This document shows positions 27,784 through 32,000 of a stretch of DNA of 32,000 bases, one piece after another. The notes below the pieces were generated by a model. It was not told where the DNA came from. It did not search any database and saw only the letters and a program-made list of their open reading frames with translations. The position numbers and the translations under genes were made by a program. Each line of letters begins with the position of its first letter. The stretch's first letter is position 1. Origin of the DNA: Okeania sp. (GTDB lineage: Bacteria > Cyanobacteriota > Cyanobacteriia > Cyanobacteriales > Microcoleaceae); assembly GCF_035285525.1 (NCBI RefSeq), contig NZ_JAYKGW010000019.1, positions 4,890 to 36,889 on the forward strand, written 5' to 3'.

Positions 27784-28056
27784 CTTCTTTCACCTCACTT
27801 ATTCCTTACCAAAAATTCAGAATTATACACAAAGAATTCTGTATTTACCCTACCTAAATTAATGATTTTAATCTCTATAAATCATACCTTTCTCCCCATT
27901 TTTCCTATTTATTATTCTCAGCATTTCCTCCGGAATGCCCTCGCATTCAGCCGTCAGTTTTGAGCTATTAGCTTTAGAGGATAAATTTAATAAATAATAT
28001 CAAATCCAATAGTATTGGTATAATTCAATATCGTCAAAGGTGAATTTAATCTTAAT

Positions 28057-28088
28057 AGCTGATAGCTGATAGCTGATAGCTGAATGCT
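28057..28088. repeat. STRR heptamer array (AGCTGAT x ~4) ending in the GAATGCTTAC motif
   Basis: Read directly. The inverse motif GTAAGCATTCAGC plus TATCAGC-type heptamers recurs at about 5391, 5524, 6790, 13740, 13955 and 14075. Confidence 0.85.
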
Positions 28089-28097
28089 TACTTATTA

Positions 28098-28601
28098 TTA
28101 GTTTTTAATTTTTACTACTAAACGACGGTCTGGTTCCTGTCCATGACTATAAGTTTCTAAATCTTCACAATCTTGTAGCATCGTATGTATTTGACGACGT
28201 TCCGTAGAAGATAGAGATGTTAACTCATAATCCTGACCAGTTAAACGTACTTTTTTAGCTGCATACTCAGCCATTAATAATAATTCTTCTTGGCGACGAG
28301 CGCGATAACCTCCTATCTCTATAGTGTATAGCAAAGGTTCTTCTGAATTATTATTTAGATTCAGAATAGTATTAGTCAGGTATTGAATCGCATCAATTAC
28401 TTTACCATCAACCCCTACTAAAATAGAAACTTGTTCTGGGGTCAGGTTAGTTTCATCTATTGTCAACCAATAGGAATCCCCTTGTTGTTCAGCCATGACT
28501 TTAGCCGGAATTTTTGCTAAATTTAGCAATTTCTCTAGCCATTGCTGTCCTTCATCTGGTCCTTGATTTTGCTCTATGTAACTATCATTCATTAATACCA
28601 T
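28098..28601 (-). CDS. jag: Jag/KhpB-type KH-R3H RNA-binding protein
   Basis: It has a C-terminal R3H motif context (LSSTERRQIHTMLQD...GQEPDRRLVV). It sits directly after yidC with a TAATG stop/start overlap at 28601. Confidence 0.8.
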   Translation of the reverse strand: MVLMNDSYIEQNQGPDEGQQWLEKLLNLAKIPAKVMAEQQGDSYWLTIDETNLTPEQVSILVGVDGKVIDAIQYLTNTILNLNNNSEEPLLYTIEIGGYRARRQEELLLMAEYAAKKVRLTGQDYELTSLSSTERRQIHTMLQDCEDLETYSHGQEPDRRLVVKIKN

Positions 28602-29749
28602 TAAGCTTTCTTCTTAGAACGTCCTGGTTCAAAGGGTAGTGCTTCTCTTCCCTTTCCTGTTTTTGCTGTTTTTGGTTGTGACTCTTCTACTAATTTCTGA
28701 AGTTCTTCAGGTAATGGTTCTTTAGATAAAATATATGCCTGAATAGTTTGAAATATGTTAGCTACTAGCATATAAAGTAGCACCCCTGCTGGAAGGGGAG
28801 TAAACAAAAATATTCCAGAAAATAGAATAGGAGTAATTTTATTTATAGAGTCTTGATTGGGATTAGCATTGTTAGCCCCTGGACCTTTACCTGATATGGC
28901 TTGACTAGCATATATACTAATTCCAAAACCAATCACCATGATTAAAATATCCCAGTGAATATTCCCATTCTCATCAAATGCACCGACACGACCCAGGGCT
29001 TGAATAAATAGAAATCCCTTATTTGCTGCAATTCCTGGAATTGTACCTTGAATTGTAGCTTCACCTGGTTCTAAAGCTACTAAATTTCCATCTTGGTCTA
29101 TTTGAACTCTTTCAGAACCTTTAGTAATGGTCCATGTCGGCTGAATTTCAAATTGATTATATTCCTCTGTCAAAGTTGCTAAAGATTTACCCTCTTCTGT
29201 TTGAAACTCAACCTTAGTTTTATCTCCAACAATTAACTTATTTCCACTAGGCATTAAAGCTAAAATTGGGTAGTGAACACCATCACTAACAAATATATTT
29301 TGAGGTGAAGTTATGTAAGCTTGTGGTTGAATTCTTTCTAACTGTTCTTGAGGAAATATTTGTAAATCTACAGTATAGTTTATATTAGTAAAAGGTGAAC
29401 CACGCAATGTTGCAAATAAGGCAAAAAGTATGGGCATTTGAAACAGAAGTGGCAAACATCCGGCTAATGGATTAAACTCCTTCATCAGTTTAGCCATTTC
29501 TTCCTGCTGTTTCTGTGGATCATCTTTATAACGTTTTTGAATCTCCTCCTGTCTTTGTTTCATTAAAGGTTGCGTAATTTTCATCTTACGCATATTCCGA
29601 ATCGACCCAGCATTTAATGGGTAAAGACTTGCTCGAATTACAAGAGTTAAAGCTACAATTGCTAGACCATAGCTTGGCACGATTCCATAGAAAAAATCTA
29701 GAATCGGCAGCATTATGTTGTTGGAAATAAATCCTATACCAAAATCCAT
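28601..29749 (-). CDS. yidC: membrane protein insertase YidC
   Basis: The 382-aa ORF has conserved 60-kDa inner-membrane-protein motifs ([58 protein letters not shown]). Synteny with rnpA and jag supports the call. Confidence 0.92.
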   Translation of the reverse strand: MDFGIGFISNNIMLPILDFFYGIVPSYGLAIVALTLVIRASLYPLNAGSIRNMRKMKITQPLMKQRQEEIQKRYKDDPQKQQEEMAKLMKEFNPLAGCLPLLFQMPILFALFATLRGSPFTNINYTVDLQIFPQEQLERIQPQAYITSPQNIFVSDGVHYPILALMPSGNKLIVGDKTKVEFQTEEGKSLATLTEEYNQFEIQPTWTITKGSERVQIDQDGNLVALEPGEATIQGTIPGIAANKGFLFIQALGRVGAFDENGNIHWDILIMVIGFGISIYASQAISGKGPGANNANPNQDSINKITPILFSGIFLFTPLPAGVLLYMLVANIFQTIQAYILSKEPLPEELQKLVEESQPKTAKTGKGREALPFEPGRSKKKA

Positions 29750-29933
29750 TATCTTATGTCTATCTTGGGGCTGGTGATGTTTCTTATCTTAACTATTGGA
29801 AATTATTTATTACTACTAATTCCAACATCTAGTTAACTACTTGTAAATCTAACTTTATCAGTATTCTTATCTAGATTGATATTCATAGTAACCGATCGAA
29901 TGATTTATTTGGTCAACAATGGTTAAATAATTA

Positions 29934-30323
29934 TTAATTAGTAGCAGTATCAGCTTTTTTAACTTTTGCTTCTATTTTTTCGATTATGTAAGCTTCAATT
30001 TCTCTAAATCTTGGTATTGCCCTCATTTCTAGGAGAGTACCATTTCTCAAGGTAATTGCTAAATCGCCCCAAGCTCCAAGTCCTCTAGGGACTTTTGCCA
30101 CCCTGACAATTTCTGAGTAAACAACATCTGTACGATCTTGTCCCATCCAGCCCCCTATAACTGAAACTCGGCGATTAGTAATCCGATATCTGAGCCATAA
30201 GGCCCTAACAATAGCAGCCACAGCTAGAGGTAGGCCAATAATTGTGAGGCCAATTAATAAATTAAAAATTAAATCTCCTATGTGGGGACCACCATCATAG
30301 AAGGTTTCTTCTTGAATACCCAT
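29934..30323 (-). CDS. bacterial PH domain (YdbS-like/DUF304) membrane protein
   Basis: It has an N-terminal hydrophobic hairpin, then RYRITNRRVSV...GDLAITLRNG. It overlaps the rnpA 3' end by 29 nt. Confidence 0.7.
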   Translation of the reverse strand: MGIQEETFYDGGPHIGDLIFNLLIGLTIIGLPLAVAAIVRALWLRYRITNRRVSVIGGWMGQDRTDVVYSEIVRVAKVPRGLGAWGDLAITLRNGTLLEMRAIPRFREIEAYIIEKIEAKVKKADTATN

Positions 30324-30684
30324 TTAATATCTCCGCTTGTGCCAATAACTTTTCTAATTGTTGCAGAAATTCGCCATAATTGCACTGTTGGGCTGGTGGT
30401 TTAACCACAATTACTATGTCCCACCCTTTTGATATGGATGGCAACATTTGGCGCAAAGCTGCTCTTATTTGGCGTTTAATTCGATTTCGGATTACTGCTC
30501 CTTTGCTCACCTTTTTGCTGATAGAAATACCTATGCGAGTTTGTTGGTGGGGTAGAGGTGAGTTGGGCTTCTGCTGATGGCGCAAAGCCCTCAAGGCCAA
30601 ATAAGAAGTATTTTTGCGAATACCTTTCTGATATACAGCACTAAAGTCCTTATTATGACGAAGCCTGTTTTCTGTAGGCAACAT
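30295..30684 (-). CDS. rnpA: ribonuclease P protein component
   Basis: The 129-aa basic ORF has the RNR-type motif KKVSKGAVIRNRIKRQIR and lies directly downstream of rpmH. Confidence 0.88.
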   Translation of the reverse strand: MLPTENRLRHNKDFSAVYQKGIRKNTSYLALRALRHQQKPNSPLPHQQTRIGISISKKVSKGAVIRNRIKRQIRAALRQMLPSISKGWDIVIVVKPPAQQCNYGEFLQQLEKLLAQAEILNGYSRRNLL

Positions 30685-30726
30685 TGTGAGATTTCTTCAA
30701 AATTGTCTAAATTACGAAAATAATCT

Positions 30727-30867
30727 TTAGTAAACTGCCAGACGTTCACGGCCTTTTTGCCGACGGGCTTTAATTACGGCTCGGCCATTTCTTGTACGCA
30801 TCCTGGTTCTAAAACCAGATACTCTTTTTCTTTTTCTACTGGTACCACGCAATGTCCGCTGAGTCAT
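30727..30867 (-). CDS. rpmH: 50S ribosomal protein L34
   Basis: This gene is not in the ORF track because it is too short. Hand translation of the minus strand gives [46 protein letters not shown]. Confidence 0.92.
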   Translation of the reverse strand: MTQRTLRGTSRKRKRVSGFRTRMRTRNGRAVIKARRQKGRERLAVY

Positions 30868-30980
30868 TTTTCTTCACCACTAATTCAATAAAAATTAAAA
30901 ATCACAATCTCTAATTATAGCATATATATCATAATAAACTTAGCTTTGATGAATTTATCCTCTATTCTCAGCTAAAATAT

Positions 30981-31508
30981 CTACTCTATGCTCAAAAGCC
31001 ATGTGCCAACATAACGTAGTAAAGGTACATCACCAGGAGTTCTGATATTGGCATTAAAGTGATACATTCCTCCAAATCTAGGATTTTTTACATTGTGGAG
31101 AACTACTTCGATTTTATTACCAGCAGGAATTGGTTCAGCAGGGTAAATTTCTATAAAATGATTTTCTTTGTCCCATACTACTTGATCTATGGGTATTGAT
31201 TCTGGTTTTTCGGAACTTCCTCCCCCTACACGAATTTCTATCTCGTCAGGATCAAATGTACCCTTATAGTAGTCAGGATAAGAAATTGATAATTGAGAAA
31301 TAGCTAAATTTAATTTGTTAGCTGGTATTCGCAGTCGATAACGATCCCAAACCCCAGATTTACCAGAATCTAAACGGAAGTTTAACTGATTTCTCCGTTC
31401 TGGCCCACCGAATAATGTAAATCCTGGCATTCCTTGAGCGAAAGTTGCCATTGAAAACCCTGTTAATAAGTAACTACTAACCAGTAAAGTAGAAAGTATA
31501 CGTTTCAT
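30981..31508 (-). CDS. DUF2808-like secreted protein
   Basis: The ORF track starts at 31562, but those first 18 codons read through IS-relic sequence. The ATG at 31508 (MKRILSTLLVSSYLLTGFSMATFAQG) gives a clean signal peptide. The DUF2808 call is from pattern memory. Confidence 0.6.
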   Translation of the reverse strand: MKRILSTLLVSSYLLTGFSMATFAQGMPGFTLFGGPERRNQLNFRLDSGKSGVWDRYRLRIPANKLNLAISQLSISYPDYYKGTFDPDEIEIRVGGGSSEKPESIPIDQVVWDKENHFIEIYPAEPIPAGNKIEVVLHNVKNPRFGGMYHFNANIRTPGDVPLLRYVGTWLLSIE

Positions 31509-31562
31509 AAATTTTTCTCTCAGTATTGAAGTAGTATTTACAGTGACATACTCCCACACCAT

Positions 31563-31752
31563 ACCTTAAAGTTGGTGCGGGATTCTCGTTTCGTAGTCCT
31601 GAAGAAAGCATCGGACTCCACGAGCTTTAAGGATGTTTGGGCCTCGTCGCCCTATTTTTAATATTTATTGTCGCGTTTAAGTCGCGGTCTATTGCTATGT
31701 CGCAATGTGGACAAGAATGGGTTCTTTCTAAAACTTTATCAAGATTTTTTAA
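31563..31752 (-). mobile_element. relic of an IS200/IS605-family element: TnpB C-terminal fragment plus omega-RNA-like right end
   Basis: Minus-strand translation gives KNLDKVLERTHSCPHCDIAIDRDLNATINIKNRATRPKHP* (stop at 31629-31627), i.e. the zinc-ribbon and DRD.NA.INI end of TnpB. Downstream, 31563-31626 contains the nested hairpin CTCGT-gga-GTCC-...-GGAC-tacgaa-ACGAG. Upstream the homology is replaced by AAAATTC/AAAAGTC low-complexity repeats. Confidence 0.6.
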
Positions 31753-32000
31753 ATACAGCCAAAGGAAGTCAAAATTCAAAAGTAAGAATTGTCGGAAATT
31801 AAAAATTCAAAAATTAAAAGTCAAAATTCAAAAGTTAAAAATTTCAAGAAAGTCAAAAGTAACAATTTCAGCTTAGGGCGTGTCATCAATTAAATAAATA
31901 AGTTGACAAAAAGGCTACTCTCTGTTAGGTAAAAATGGCGATCACGGTTGGGTAAATTAAAATATAGCGAGCGCATACCTAAAATTGTGTGGTCGGTAGG

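Noticed and set aside
29750-30980. Replication origin next to rpmH-rnpA-yidC-jag
   Set aside because: The cluster flanks oriC in many bacteria. I see no cluster of DnaA boxes (TTATCCACA / TTTTCCACA or complements) in the flanking spacers, and no dnaA or dnaN in the window.
31637-31876. 79-aa plus-strand ORF
   Set aside because: It is antisense to the TnpB relic and then runs through AAAATTC/AAAAGTC low-complexity repeats, giving a lysine-rich artefact.

Overview
This is an AT-rich chromosomal segment that reads like a filamentous, heterocystous (Nostocales-type) cyanobacterium. It has about 10 HIP1 palindromes (GCGATCGC, e.g. near 2335, 5091, 11326, 15791, 19221, 25996). It also has many heptameric STRR arrays (CCCTACT, GGATAAT, ATCAGTT, AGCTGAT, AGGCAGA) and at least five families of small palindromic or MITE-like repeats that fill almost every intergenic gap.

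Coding content is mostly housekeeping: birA, pgeF, a CPP1-like J-domain membrane protein, two orphan family-5 ABC substrate-binding lipoproteins, a small VWA protein, tRNA-Gln(UUG), a 1050-aa multi-sensor histidine kinase with a canonical LOV signature and a divergent CheY-only regulator, a pentapeptide-repeat protein, ispF, a PqqD-like protein, an SH3b protein, a Ycf46-like AAA+ ATPase, yceD, and the conserved rpmH-rnpA-PH-yidC-jag cluster. rpmH is missing from the ORF track and was found by hand.

The accessory part is 18.3-22.0 kb. It is a repeat-bounded junkyard holding a decayed EACC1-like gene, a truncated caspase, a DUF6883 pseudogene, intact DUF4926 and DUF2442 genes, a second DUF4926 5' fragment, and a 5 x 101 bp tandem array. 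Other decay products are a Uma2 endonuclease pseudogene, a relic of a substrate-binding-protein 3' end, and a TnpB C-terminal relic with omega-RNA-like sequence.

I cannot defend an intact, clearly novel multi-gene system here. The best leads are the 101-bp tandem array with mutually exclusive hairpins, the LOV kinase and CheY pair, and the amplified promoter-like units upstream of the Uma2 pseudogene. All family assignments come from motif recognition by eye and need HMM or BLAST confirmation.
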